DNA of 64,000 bases from Octopus sinensis (taxonomy: Eukaryota), in contig NW_021832534.1 in NCBI RefSeq assembly GCF_006345805.1, positions 1 to 64,000 of the forward strand. Direction: 5' to 3'. Shown here piece after piece: positions 52,497 through 64,000 of this stretch (position 1 is the stretch's first letter; each line of letters opens with the position of its first letter). Under the pieces are notes generated by a model. The model saw only the letters and a program-made list of their open reading frames with translations, did no database searches and was not told where the DNA came from. Position numbers and translations under genes: made by a program.

Positions 52497-52720
52497 ATAT
52501 ATGTATGTGTGTGTATATGCTTCTGTGTCTGTGTTTGTCCCCCACCATTGCTTGACAACCAATGTTGGTGTGTTTACGTCCCCTGTAACTTAGCGGTTCG
52601 GCAAAACAGACCGCTAGAATAAGTACTAGGCTTACAAAAAATAAGTCCTGGGGTTGATTTGTTCAACTAAAGGCAGTGTTCCAGCATGGCCACAGCTCGT
52701 GAGCTGAAACTAGATAAAAT
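51945..52720 (+). mobile_element. SINE family A with expanded AT-rich interior
   Basis: Head at 51945-52095, tail at 52510-52720. Confidence 0.75.
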
Positions 52721-52919
52721 AAAAAAAAATTATTTTTAAATATATATTTGCTGTTCATTTCGGTAAGACTACATGTTTCTGTGCAATCCTCATTATTTTA
52801 ACGAGTATATTGTTTAATTGATCAGTCAACTTGAATACTCAGAGTGGAAACAGATCGAAGAATGATGGAGCGTGCAATGCGTGTGTGTGGTCTGGTATCA
52901 GCAGTGATGGTGTGAAGAT

Positions 52920-54100
52920 TGTGAGAGAGGGGGAGGGGGAGGAGGGGAAGGCAAAAAGACTAACAAAGGGAGTAAATAGAAGGGTAAGAGTGGGAGGAAG
53001 TGTATGAAACAGCAGTCATTATATATAGAGAGAGGGAGAGAGAGAGGAGGTGCTTAGTGTAAGAGGGAGGGTGGGAGGAGAAATTGCGTGAGTGCAGTAA
53101 AATAATGAGGGAAAGTAGGAGACTGAATAGAATAACAATGTGAGGGTGATGGTGGGAGAAGTATGGAGAGATAGTGAGGGAGTATGTGGGAGGGAAAGAA
53201 AGAGAGGTTTTGTTTGTGTGAGAGAAAGAGGATGGAGTTAGTGAGAGAGAGAGAAAGAGAGATATTGAATGAAAGGACAGTAGTTGTAGTATGAGAAGGG
53301 AGAGGTAAGAAGCAGTGGATACGGGGGGGGGGGAGGAAATGGAAGATTGCAGCAGACAGGGAAAAAGAAAGAAGAGGAAAGAGAAGAATAGAGAAGAAGC
53401 AGAGGGTGATTGAAGGGGAGGAGACAATAGAGGAGAAAGGGGATGGTTAAGAATAATGGGTGTTAGTGGGAGAGAGAAAGAGAGAGTGTGTGTGTGTGAT
53501 GTGGTGGAGTGGAAGAAAGTGTAAGACTACAGGTATTAGAAAGAGGGAGAAAATAAGGTGGGTGGAGAAATAGAAGGAAAGAGGATGAGAATGAGAAGAG
53601 GAAAAGAAATTTTGAGTAGAGAGAGAGAGAGAGAGAGACGAGATGGAATGAGAGAGAATGAGTGAGTAGAGAAGGGTAATAGTGTAATGAATGAGTAGGA
53701 GAAAAGAAGATTTCAGAGGAAAGATAGAGAGGAAGACACAAGGGGAGGAATGGGGAGAGAGAGAAACAGTGAGAAAGAGAGAGAGTTGAAGAAATATTAA
53801 CACAGATAGAGAAGGTGGGGGGGAGTTGAAGAGAATATTGTAAAGGAGTTGGAGGAAGAGATAGGGGAAGAGTGTGAGAGAGGGTGCAGTTGGAGTAGAG
53901 AACAAGGGGAATGGAGGGACAGTGGGTGAGGAGTAAAGATAAGGAGTAAGGTAGTAAGAGAAAAGAGAGAGAGAGAGAAATGAAGTGTAGAAATAGAAAG
54001 AGTCAAACCAAGGAGATGAGAGAGTGAAGGGGAAAGTGAAAGTAGAAATAGAAATGGTGCAACTGGAGAGAGGGGGGGGCAGAGAGAGAGAGAACTGAGC
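52920..54100. repeat. ~1.2-kb purine-rich (GA) low-complexity tract
   Basis: Direct reading; source of the Ser/Leu/Phe-rich minus-strand ORFs. Confidence 0.9.
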
Positions 54101-54259
54101 AACCTTCTGACCACAGATACTGCAAATTCATTTTACTGAGTTCAAATGTTATGGTGGTGGTGGTGGTGGTGGTGGTGGAGTTGAAAGACACTTCACTGAT
54201 ACAAGACCATTGTGGGGATGGATTTAAGGTCTCAGTTTAGGGAGTCAAGTCAGTTGTTA

Positions 54260-56120
54260 GTTTGGTGTGAAGTGTTTAGGGTTGTATGGAGTCCTGAGAT
54301 GGGAACAGACCCAAGTGGGGTATCATCTGAGAAGTGGGTGTTGTTGGAGAAAAGGGTAAGTGGGATGTTGTTATAGAGAACAAGAACCATGGGGCCTCTC
54401 TGAAGGGATAGATTGTGGACTTGAGGGATCTGCATCAACACCTAATGCAATAGGGCAACAATTTGACAAGAAATTCCTAATCCAAGTGACAAAAGATGGA
54501 CGAAGGCCACAGATGGTCAGTTTTGATGAGAGATTCACTTGCAGATAGCTTTACTGGTGTTGAGGTCAAAGGTGCTGCTTTTACCGAATTTCTCAAGGGC
54601 AAAAGACCCACTGATGAGTGACACAGAAGAAAGGTCAGCATTGTGTCCAGCTTAATGAAAGCAGTCCTGGAAATGGAAGACATTGAGAGAGAGAGAGAGA
54701 TTGAACGTCTCTTCCTGGAGATGGTTATTATTAATGGCTGTTTTGATATTGGAGATGAGTATGATTATTGGCTGGGTCTCAGAAGTTGCCTGTCTTGGGA
54801 ATGAGACTGTGATATATATATATATATATAATACACACACACACACACACATGCATAAAGAGAAAGAGAGAGAGAGAGACAGTTAGAAGGAAAGAGATAA
54901 AAACAGTGAAAGAGAAAGGGAGACAGACAGCTTTGGCAAGTTTGGATTTAGTACAAAAGTACATTGTTTTGGGGCAGATGGAAGGGATATTGTAAGGGCT
55001 GGTGGGAAGCAATGAGAAATATTTGCATTTTTCATGGGAAGGTGTTCAGCATAAGGAACTAGGGGGGGGGATAGTTTTAGAAGAGATTGACCAATTGCAT
55101 GAAGTGTTGGTCTTGGAGGTGAAGACAATAGCAAAAGTTGGGAGCAAATGCTTTACAGAAGTGGCATGGTTGAGAAGTGAAGCAAAGAAAGATTGTACCT
55201 GGTTTGTGAGAAATCCGTTTTTGTGTTGGACCAAAAGGATCCGTTTTTAGATTGGGAAGACAGGATTGCTTATGTTGTATTGAGACATCCTTCACAGTTT
55301 AGACAATGGTCTTGCAGGGATTTGCAGAGAGTATGAGGTAGAGGGTATGAAACCTGGACGTTATCAAAGAAGCTTGAGAGGCGGTTGGATGGAACCTACA
55401 CTCGCCTCCTTATGAGAGTTCAGAATCTCTCGTGGAGGCGCCATCCAACCAAAATGCAAATATATGGGAAACTACCACCTGTGTCATCTCTTGTGAAAGG
55501 TAGGAGAGTCCAGTTTGCTGGACATTGTTGTAGAGCTGAAAAAGAGGTAATTTCTACTCTTCTCCTCTGGAAGCCATCTACTCGCAATACCAGAGGGCGC
55601 ACACTCTCCTACCCTGATGTAATCTCCAGGGATACAGGCATCCAGGAACAGGACCTCCGTAATGCCATGATGGACCGTGAAGTCTGGCGTAGCATGGTAA
55701 ATTCCATTGTCTTGACCACGGTCGAACAATAATAATAAATAATAATGAAGATTTGGTGAATCATTTTCCCCGAGTGTTGTTTGTGTGAACAATTGCAGCA
55801 GCTGAGGTGTGAGGGAAGAACTTGAGGAAGTCAAGTATATGAGTGTTTGCTGTGCATGAGATGTAGAGATACTTGCCTAAGATGATGGTTTCACTCAACC
55901 ATGTAACTGTTTCTGATTGGTCAGTGATGGAACACATGTGTGGCCAAGAATAGTTAACACAGAGTTGGCAGAGCTTGGACTGATTAGCCAAGGGGCAAGG
56001 AGAATCCCCTACTCTGCAGGTAGGGACTTGTGGAGGGTCAGGGTGATAGCATTAGATATTAAAAGAATGAAGATTTGGTCAAGATTGGTTTGGATGTTAG
56101 CCAGGGGTGTGGGGCAGTTG
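54260..56120 (-). mobile_element. Highly decayed CR1/L2-like LINE ORF2, interrupted by microsatellites and an RTE
   Basis: Motif remnants occur in the correct order on the minus strand: YSWPHMC..LSETIILGKYLYI; ILSSQSKNGSFWS; ALEKFGKSSTFDLNTSKA; LSSKLTICGLRPSFVTWIRNFLS; THFSDDT (YADD equivalent). Confidence 0.65.
55345..55755 (+). mobile_element. Second RTE-type family, 3' end with (AAT)n tail
   Basis: ETWTLSKKLERRLDGTYTRLL..RRVQFAGHC..LLLWKP..DREVWR, then a stop followed by AATAAT. Confidence 0.85.
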
Positions 56121-57779
56121 CTAATATTGTTGTTCTGGTTGTTTAAAAACTAGGTCAGTTCTAATTGAGCAATCTTATGAGAAAAGACATTCCATCTATG
56201 ACCATCCTGTCTCTTTTTTTAATATACAAGAAATCCGAGACCACATTATCCATCAGATTAGGGTGAGGGTTAATGGGAATTTGGTTGTCATTTCTAGCCA
56301 GTTGAAGGAGAACCCCTTCTCTCATTGGATTGGTGGTGGTGGTGTGGTGGTGGTGGTGGTGCTACTGCTATGCAATATATTAACTTCAAATCCCCCTCCC
56401 CCACATACTGCACTCCTCCACCCTCAACCACCAGTTCTAACCCACATCACCCCACCATCACCACCACCACCACAGTTTGGAACAAAATCCTATTCCTTTC
56501 CCCTAATTGTGTGTGTGCATCTGTATGTGTGTTTGTGTATATGTACAAGCGTCTATGCATGTGTACATATGTGTGCCTGTTTCTCTATGAATATGTTTAT
56601 GTATGTATATGCACGTGTGTATGTGTGTTATATTTGTGTGTCTATGCATGTGTGTGTGTGTGTGTGGTGTGTTCTGTCCCCCTTGGTCCAGTCCCAGCTG
56701 GTCACTACTGGACTTGTCCAGTCACAAGTGACCTACATTACTCTTTCTGATGTCCACTTACACTGTAATTATGAGAATGGGGGAAGGGACGATGGTCGGT
56801 GCAGTGGCGTTGTTATCTGGACGGCGGGGGGGGGGTATCTGGAGCGTAGTTGGTGGTGGTGGTGGTGGTGGTGGTGGTGGTGGTGGTGGTAGTGGTGGTG
56901 GTGGTGGTGGTGGTGGGTGTGGTGAGGGGTAATGGTGGGGGTTTTGGTGTAGATAACAGAAGAGGTAGATATGATGGAGTCAAGGAGAGAGAAAGAAAGG
57001 GAGAGAGTGTGTGTGTGTGTGTGTGCGCGCATGTGTTTGTGAGTGTGTGGTTATGGAGGTGGAGGTGGAAGTATCTCTCATTTCTCTGTCCTTGTTTGTC
57101 CCCTCTATGTTTAGCCCCTTGTGGGTAATAAAGAAATAGGTATCTCTCATTTCTCAGAGGTTTGTTTCTATTGTAATACAACACATTTCTTTACCATCTC
57201 AACAACAACAACAGCATCAAAGACAGCAGTGACAATTCTTCTCAATCCCATCTTTGTTCCAGACACCATTGCACCATGACTTGAGTCCTTTCTTAAGTCA
57301 TTCAGAGGAAACTTGGTTCCACGACAACACCACGTTTAAAGTAAACCTACCAAATCTTCTCTTTCTTTTCAACAACAACAAAATCTTCTATGGGCCCCCA
57401 AGGGTTGAGGCCCACTGATGTAACCCTACACCATCTCCCTGCACCATTGAACCTTCTGATGAGAGGTTGGTGTGTGATGGAGGGATGGAACCAGTTGTTT
57501 TGCAGCAGAGGAGATATGTGGTTAACTAGTCAGAGGGAGAGAGAGAGAGAGAGTAAGACAGAGAGACAGAGACAAAGAGAAAGTGAGAGAGTGAGTGATC
57601 AAGAATGTGAGAGAGAGAGAGAGAGAGAGTGGAAGAGCGTGAGAGTGCAGGAGAGAGATGGTGGTGAAGTGTCAGGGCATATCCTCAAGATATGGGTATC
57701 AGCATTTCCAAGGGTGCATGAGTAGGAAGTTGGGATTTCATCTGAGTGCAAAGAGTCTGGGGTACGGAATGTAGTGACT

Positions 57780-57975
57780 GGTGAAACACAGACACACAGA
57801 CACACATCACAGGCGTCTTTCAGTTTCCAACTTCCAAATTCATTCACAAGGCATTGGCCAGTCCAACGCTATAGTAGAAGACATTTGCCCAAGGTGCCAT
57901 GCAGTGGGACTGAACCAGGAACCATGTGGTTGGGAAGCAAGCTTCTTACCTCACAGCCACGTCTGCACCTTAGCT
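57780..57975 (-). mobile_element. SINE family A head
   Basis: TTTCAGTTTCC..GAAGACATTTGCCCAAGGTGCCATGCAGTGGGACTGAACC.. Confidence 0.8.
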
Positions 57976-58039
57976 CAACATTCTACCCCTACGTCCAGAA
58001 AAAGTTTTATCAAATAAGACATAAACCAGGAACAGTTAC

Positions 58040-58610
58040 ACTAGATGCAAGGCTTTTGCTAAGCCCCTGCAACCCCTACTGTCACAGGGGGCCTTTGCAG
58101 TTGAGGGGCCCCATGTTGAGATCAAAGTAGGTAGATATGTCATCTATTGACTTTGGTTAAGATGTTGAACAAGAATTAAACTATGTTAACTGAAAATATC
58201 AAGAAATAAAATGGTAATATTATTGTACCAGCAAAAGGTCTTGTAAAAATATCACATTGTACCCCGAACGTGCACCAGACTTTGTGGATTGTCTATGATA
58301 TCAATTGAACATGAACTTAGCTCTCAGCTTGGTTATTCTGAACTGATCAATAATTTCGGGAAGTGGAAAAGTGCACCATGTTTGTGTTTGAAAGTTCCTG
58401 GATTATAAAAGTGCTCTTTTATTCAAACTATGAATATGATATGTAACATACTTTTAAAGATGTTCTTTAGGATAATGTAAAATATTGAACTCCAGATAGA
58501 ATGAAGTAAAATATAGCTATGAATAAATGGTGCGTAGATTATGAATTTTGATTGAAGGGATGGGGCCTTGAAGTTGCAGGGGGCCTCTAAAAGTCATGTG
58601 ACAGCTGACT
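58040..58610 (+). mobile_element. hAT-superfamily remnant
   Basis: 58265-58380 translates RLCGLSMISIEHELSSQLGYSELINNFG, like the hAT C-terminal dimerisation motif RLxxLAxxSIE. GGGGCC-rich subterminal motifs lie on both sides. Confidence 0.6.
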
Positions 58611-58794
58611 AGACATGTCATAAAACCCTGCCTAGACAATGTCTCTCATGTATGAAACTATTTGTAGTTCATAAATACATAATCTCTCACCAGATGGAGT
58701 ACATTATGCATACAGTGGCTGCCCCCTCATTATCGAGTATGGCCATTGCACGAAGCTTAATGAATGTTGTTATCGTGCAATGCCTGTGCAAGAT

Positions 58795-60074
58795 TTTTTA
58801 CCCTATAGTTTACATATTTTAACCTATAGTTTACATATTTTAGATTATAGTATAATTCTTTTAGCCTATTGTTTAGATATTAGCCTATAATTTTCGTTTT
58901 TAGCCTATAATTTAGATATTTTAGTCTATAGTATAAATATTTTAGCCTATAGTTTAGAAATTTCAGACTATAGTTTGCATATTTTAGCCTATAATAAAAA
59001 TGTTTTAGCCTATTGTTTAGATAATTTAGTCTATAGTTTATATATTTTAGACTATAGTTTACATATTTTAGCCTATGGTATAAATATTTTTAGCCTATTG
59101 TTTAGATTTTTAGCCTATAGTTTAGCTATTTCAGCCTATAGTTTACATATTTTAGTGTATTGTTTAGATATTTTAGTCTATAGTTTAATACACTAGCCTA
59201 TATTTCATATAACTTAGCCTATAGTGTAAATATTTTAGCCTGTAGTATTATTAGCTTATAGTTTAGAAATTTAGCCTATAGTTTAGATATTTTAGCCTAT
59301 AGTATAAATATTTTAGCCTATAATAAAAATGTTTTAGCCTATTGTTTAGATAATTTAGTCTATAGTTTATATATTTTAGACTATAGTTTACATATTTTAG
59401 CCTATGGTATAAATATTTTTAGCCTATTGTTTAGATTTTTAGCCTATAGTTTAGCTATTTCAGCCTATAGTTTACATATTTTAGTGTATTGTTTAGATAT
59501 TTTAGCCTATAGTTAAATACTCTAGCCTATATTTCATATAACTTAGCCTATAGTGTAAATATGTTGGCCTGTAGTATAAATATATTAGCTATAGTTTAGA
59601 AATTTAGCCTATAGTTTAGATATTTTAGCCTATAGTATAAATATTTTAGCCTATAATAAAAATGTTTTAGCCTATTGTTTAGATAATTTAGTCTATAGTT
59701 TATATATTTTAGACTATAGTTTACATATTTTAGCCTATGGTATAAATATTTTTAGCCTATTGTTTAGATTTTTAGCCTATAGTTTAGCTATTTCAGCCTA
59801 TAGTTTACATATTTTAGTGTATTGTTTAGATATTTTAGTCTATAGTTAAATACTCTAGCCTATATTTCATATAACTTAGCCTATAGTGTAAATATTTTAG
59901 CCTGTAGTGTAAATATTTTATCCTATACTTTAGATATTTTAGCCTGTAGTATAAATATTTTATCCTATACTTTAGATATTTTAGCCTGTAGTATAAATAT
60001 GCTACCATGTATTTTATATAATTTACTTTATATTTTATATATTTTATCCGGTAATTTAGATATTTTAGTCTATA
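58795..60074. repeat. ~21-bp satellite with ~330-bp higher-order repeat (about 3 copies)
   Basis: Monomer TTTTAGCCTATAGTTTAGATA. The marker variant ATAATAAAAA occurs at 58991, 59320 and 59653. Confidence 0.92.
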
Positions 60075-60155
60075 TATATACATATATTTGTATACAGATA
60101 TAGATATATATATATACATACATATATGATAGATATTGATATACATGTATGTATG

Positions 60156-60192
<37 letters not shown>

Positions 60193-60761
60193 ATATATAT
60201 AGGTTGTAATAAACTGAGGAAAAGAAATCCTTCGAAGGGGTGTGTTAAACATCCATTTCTCTGGTACTTCAGTTGGATACCATACAAATATGAGTATAAT
60301 TCGATAATAAAGATATATTAAATATAGAGATATTCTATTAACAATTCAATAATTCACTTATATTACAATATTACATTAGAAACTATGAATATGATATGTA
60401 ACATAACATGATATCATATAAATAATTATAAAATCTGTCAAAGGCCAACAAATTGTTTCAACTAATATATATTGTTTCTAATATACATAATCACAGTTCT
60501 ATAATATATAAGTCACTTCAGGGTCCTTGGTTCAGGAAGACGAAATCCCATCTAAAAGGACAGCTGGGTTTATAAAAATTAATTAAAATTTCTGTTGGCC
60601 TTTTATGGTTTTTTATAATTATTTTTGTTATATAAAATTATGTTGTTATATATTATATTCATAGGATTTAATGTAATATTGTAATATAAATAAATTATTG
60701 GATTGTCAATAGAATATCTCTATATTTAATTTATCTTTTTATATATATATATATATATATA

Positions 60762-60794
<33 letters not shown>

Positions 60795-60795
60795 C

Positions 60796-60877
<82 letters not shown>

Positions 60878-61029
60878 CATGTGTATATATATATAAATAT
60901 TAATTAGTTTATAATTTATATGTATTGAGTACTGTTTCCTAAACTGTGGTTCTCCCAGTTCAATACAGGGACACACACCAACTATATTTTAGCCTATAAC
61001 CATTAATATTTAAATAAAGAGAAATCATT

Positions 61030-61066
61030 ATCATAATCATTATCATTATCATTATTATTATTATCA

Positions 61067-61149
<83 letters not shown>

Positions 61150-61150
61150 C
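61030..61150. repeat. (ATT)n microsatellite
   Basis: Direct reading. Confidence 0.95.
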
Positions 61151-61164
61151 ATTTTTTTATCATT

Positions 61165-61350
61165 GTATGGGTGGCATGCTGGCAGACTCGACAGAATGCC
61201 TAGTAAAATGCTTAGCAGTATTTCATTTGTCTTTATGATCTGAGTTCAAATCCTGCCAGAGTTGACTTTGCCTTTCATCCTCTGGGGGCAATAAATAAGA
61301 GCCAGCTAAGCACCAGGGTCAATGATACTGACTTACCCCTTCCCTTAAAA
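61165..61350 (+). mobile_element. Nin-domain-like SINE, degenerate
   Basis: CTGAGTTCAAATCCTGCCAGAGTTGACTTTGCCTTTCATCCTCTGGGG. Confidence 0.65.
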
Positions 61351-62344
61351 TAATTTAATATAAATAACATGAGGGCGATGACTTTAGGTAAAGATTTCTC
61401 TGTTTGTATGTTGGTTCTCGGGGTTTTACTTCCAATAAAGTCTTTCTCTTTCTTTTTGCCTTTCATTGGATGTTGTTGGGGGGGGGGCATCCTATTTGAC
61501 ATAAATGCCTTCCTCCCATCCATTCCCTTGAGTATGATGTGAGAAATGGAATTAAAATAGCTAAACCTTTTCTTTAATGACCCCAGGTATTATCAACCCT
61601 AGGTATTGTTAATGACCCCAGGTATTGTTAGGTTTGAAAGACATTGTATCTATGGTATGAAGAAGTTGTGAATGATGGTGTAGAGATCCCACGGAGGAGA
61701 TATCAGACATTGTCCTTCTTGACATAATGAGAAGAAGAGACAGTCATGGCTGGAATACCTTTGATTACACAGCAGCCCCTTTATCAGTGTTGAACTGGAC
61801 TTAAACAACAAATAAAACTGGATGCCTAATCCACTATCAGGGGTCACCAAGTGCGTTGTCTTCTTGTGCTGTTTCAGGCAGAATAATGACTTCTATACAT
61901 TCATTGAAGAATCATATGATTCTCACTCACTTTGACATTCTCAGTCTGAATGGCATGGAAGGAGAGCTGTTCCATAAATGGACAGAATTACCAATGGGAC
62001 ACTTTCATATCTTTGATTTTCTCAAACAAACTTTCTCTCACCAACAGGAATATTTCATTTGTTCTTTGTTATTCTAGAATCGTACACCACTATGGGAGAG
62101 TTCTGTGATGAGAGGTAATAAACCTCCTGTGAAGTCACAGATCTGATCTAAACCCAGGACACCTGACTGGAATACCTACTCTGTCCACCTTTTGACACAC
62201 TGGCACAACATTGAACAATACTGAGACTGGTACTTCAACAAGAACAGTGAGAAGTCTTCCAGTTTGTAATGTTGCTAACTTATATATGGCTCCCTGCTTT
62301 CTAAGAAGAGGGCTTCAACTTTCAACTCCAAACTGACTGAACTA

Positions 62345-62377
<33 letters not shown>

Positions 62378-62593
62378 CGTGCGTGCGTGAGTGTATGTGT
62401 GTGAATATGTATATACACAAAATAAATTTGACTCAGCTCAGCATTACTCAAAGTTTACACGGATGCATCTGATATATTGATGGCATCTAATAAGTACCAG
62501 TAGAATACTGAGGTCAATATAATTGATTCACCCCTTCCCACAAAATTGCTGCCCTTGTGGCAAAATTTGAATCCATTATTATTATTATTATTT

Positions 62594-62900
62594 AAGGCGG
62601 CAAGCTAGCAGAATCGTTAGTATGTTGGATGAAATGCTTAGTGGTATTACACCCGTCGCCAAGCAGTATTTCGTATGCCACTACATTCTGGGTTCAAATT
62701 CCGCCGAGGTCGACTTTGCCTTTCATCCTTTCAGGGTCGATTAAATAAGTACCAGTTATGCACTGGGGTCGATATAATCGACTTAATCCATTTGTCTGTC
62801 CTTGTTTGTCCCCTCTATATTTAGCCCCTTGTGGGTAGTAAAGAAATAGGTATTACACCCGTCGCTATGTTCTGAGTTCAAATTCTGCCAAGATCAACTT
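62594..62900 (+). mobile_element. Nin-domain-like SINE (best copy) plus partial tandem copy
   Basis: GGTTCAAATTCCGCCGAGGTCGACTTTGCCTTTCATCCTTTCAGGGTCGATTAAATAAGTACCAG; the CCTTTCATCC..GGTCGAT..AGTACCAG core resembles the Nin/Deu SINE domain as I recall it. Confidence 0.7.
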
Positions 62901-62949
62901 CACCTCTCATCCCTTCTTATGTTCTGAGGCAGATTCTGCTGGACAACAC

Positions 62950-63350
62950 AAAAGCATCTCATGAGCTGTGTGTAAACTCTACACCCATGAAACTTTAAGT
63001 CATGCGGAGCTGATTCAAGGCTTTTCTCTGACATTAGTGTAATGTCTTTTGAAATCACCTTCACATAACTTGATGTAATTTTTCTTTCCAGTCAGGTTAT
63101 CTTGAAGTGTTTCTGAGACTTCTGCCTCATATATGATGGAATTGACCATACACACCTGGTCAAGAGGGCCAGCTTCAGGGTCTCGGCAGTTAAAACTGGA
63201 AGTGGGCTCTTGGTGATGCATGTGAGTGATAATGTTCTTCATATTGAGGCAGCAACTGTATGTGGAGAACTGTAGAGAAATCCATGCCACATGTTAAGGA
63301 ATCTAAGAAATGAAAGTTATGCATAGCTGAAAGATTGCAGATTCTTTCTA
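62950..63350 (-). mobile_element. Penelope-like element GIY-YIG endonuclease remnant
   Basis: TYSCCLNMKNIITH..FNCRDPEAGPLDQVCMVNSIIYEAEV..KNYIKLCEGDFKRHYTN matches the PLE pattern SYSCMPNM..CNCR..CPL..C..IY.A.V..YIG..E..FK.RY.NH. Confidence 0.8.
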
Positions 63351-64000
63351 GATCTAGGGATTCCACCACATTATTGAGTTAAAGATCCAAAATTTCCAGC
63401 AAATGCAAACATATAGACAAATTTCTTTTGGCAATATGGACCCTCTCCATATTGAGTAGCTGTCTCACAGACTTTGGACCCCTCTCTTTTGAATCATTCT
63501 ACAACAACCAGCTTCATAATGGCTTTATGGTCAAAGGTGATGTAACTTTAATTTTCTTTCTTTTCTTTTTCCATTTTTTTCACCGTTCCACCTTTTGCAT
63601 TAACCTTCTTGTTTTTATCTTGTGATTTCTGTTGTCCCAGTGTATTGTCATGTCAATTGTATAGATCATGTGCTCAAGGCCTGAAGATTGCTTTGAGACA
63701 CAAAGCATGTTATAAAAACCTGCCGAGAATTGTGTCTCCAATTCACGAGACTATTAGTAGCTTGTACCGTTATATGGTGTACATTAAATCAGGGCTACTC
63801 AACATGGTGGTCGACAGACTTGCGCCAGTCCACATGCCATCAGCTGGTGGTGTGTGGCGAGTTTCCAGAGAAGAAAGAAGCATTATAAAATGCTTATAAA
63901 ATACTTAAATAATATTGTATTATTTGTTTACAGAATAAATAGAAGGTAAAATATATCGTCGACTTTAATTATATTCATTATATATATTGTTTCCGGTATA

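Noticed and set aside
58744-58782. Hairpin as a miR-92-like or U1-like RNA because of CATTGCAC
   Set aside because: The match is limited to 8 nt, and the stem length and flanks do not fit either RNA.
62078-62114. 37-nt plus-strand exon candidate
   Set aside because: Splice signals only; two frames are open with no recognisable peptide.
63790-63870. Possible hAT-type terminal repeat CAGGGCTACTCAAC
   Set aside because: The partner end is not in the window, so it cannot be supported.

Overview
This is AT-rich, microsatellite-dense eukaryotic DNA, most likely an octopus (coleoid cephalopod) intronic or intergenic region. The organism is inferred from the repeat families and simple-repeat density, not from a database match. 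I could not recognise any intact protein-coding gene, tRNA/rRNA gene, CRISPR array or prokaryotic system, and almost all ORFs in the track are translations of simple repeats. What can be supported: (i) decayed non-LTR retrotransposons of four groups (RTE, R4/Dong with restriction-like endonuclease, CR1/L2-like, Penelope GIY-YIG); (ii) two internally deleted Tc1/mariner elements (one DD37D/maT), a Tc1-type MITE, a hAT remnant and a Helitron-like element; (iii) tRNA-derived SINEs, including Nin-domain-like ones; (iv) several mini-satellites, one with a ~330-bp higher-order period; (v) two CpG-enriched, YY1-motif-bearing promoter-like patches (26.2-26.5 kb and 39.7-40.0 kb) and a few candidate exons on the minus strand. 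The most notable signal is a set of about nine minimal type-I hammerhead-ribozyme-like motifs (seven with both core halves recognisable, two partial) from at least five unrelated short repeat families. Most sit in or beside inverted repeats, including a 177-bp-arm foldback, and some carry non-canonical cores. All alignments were done by eye, so repeat boundaries are approximate.
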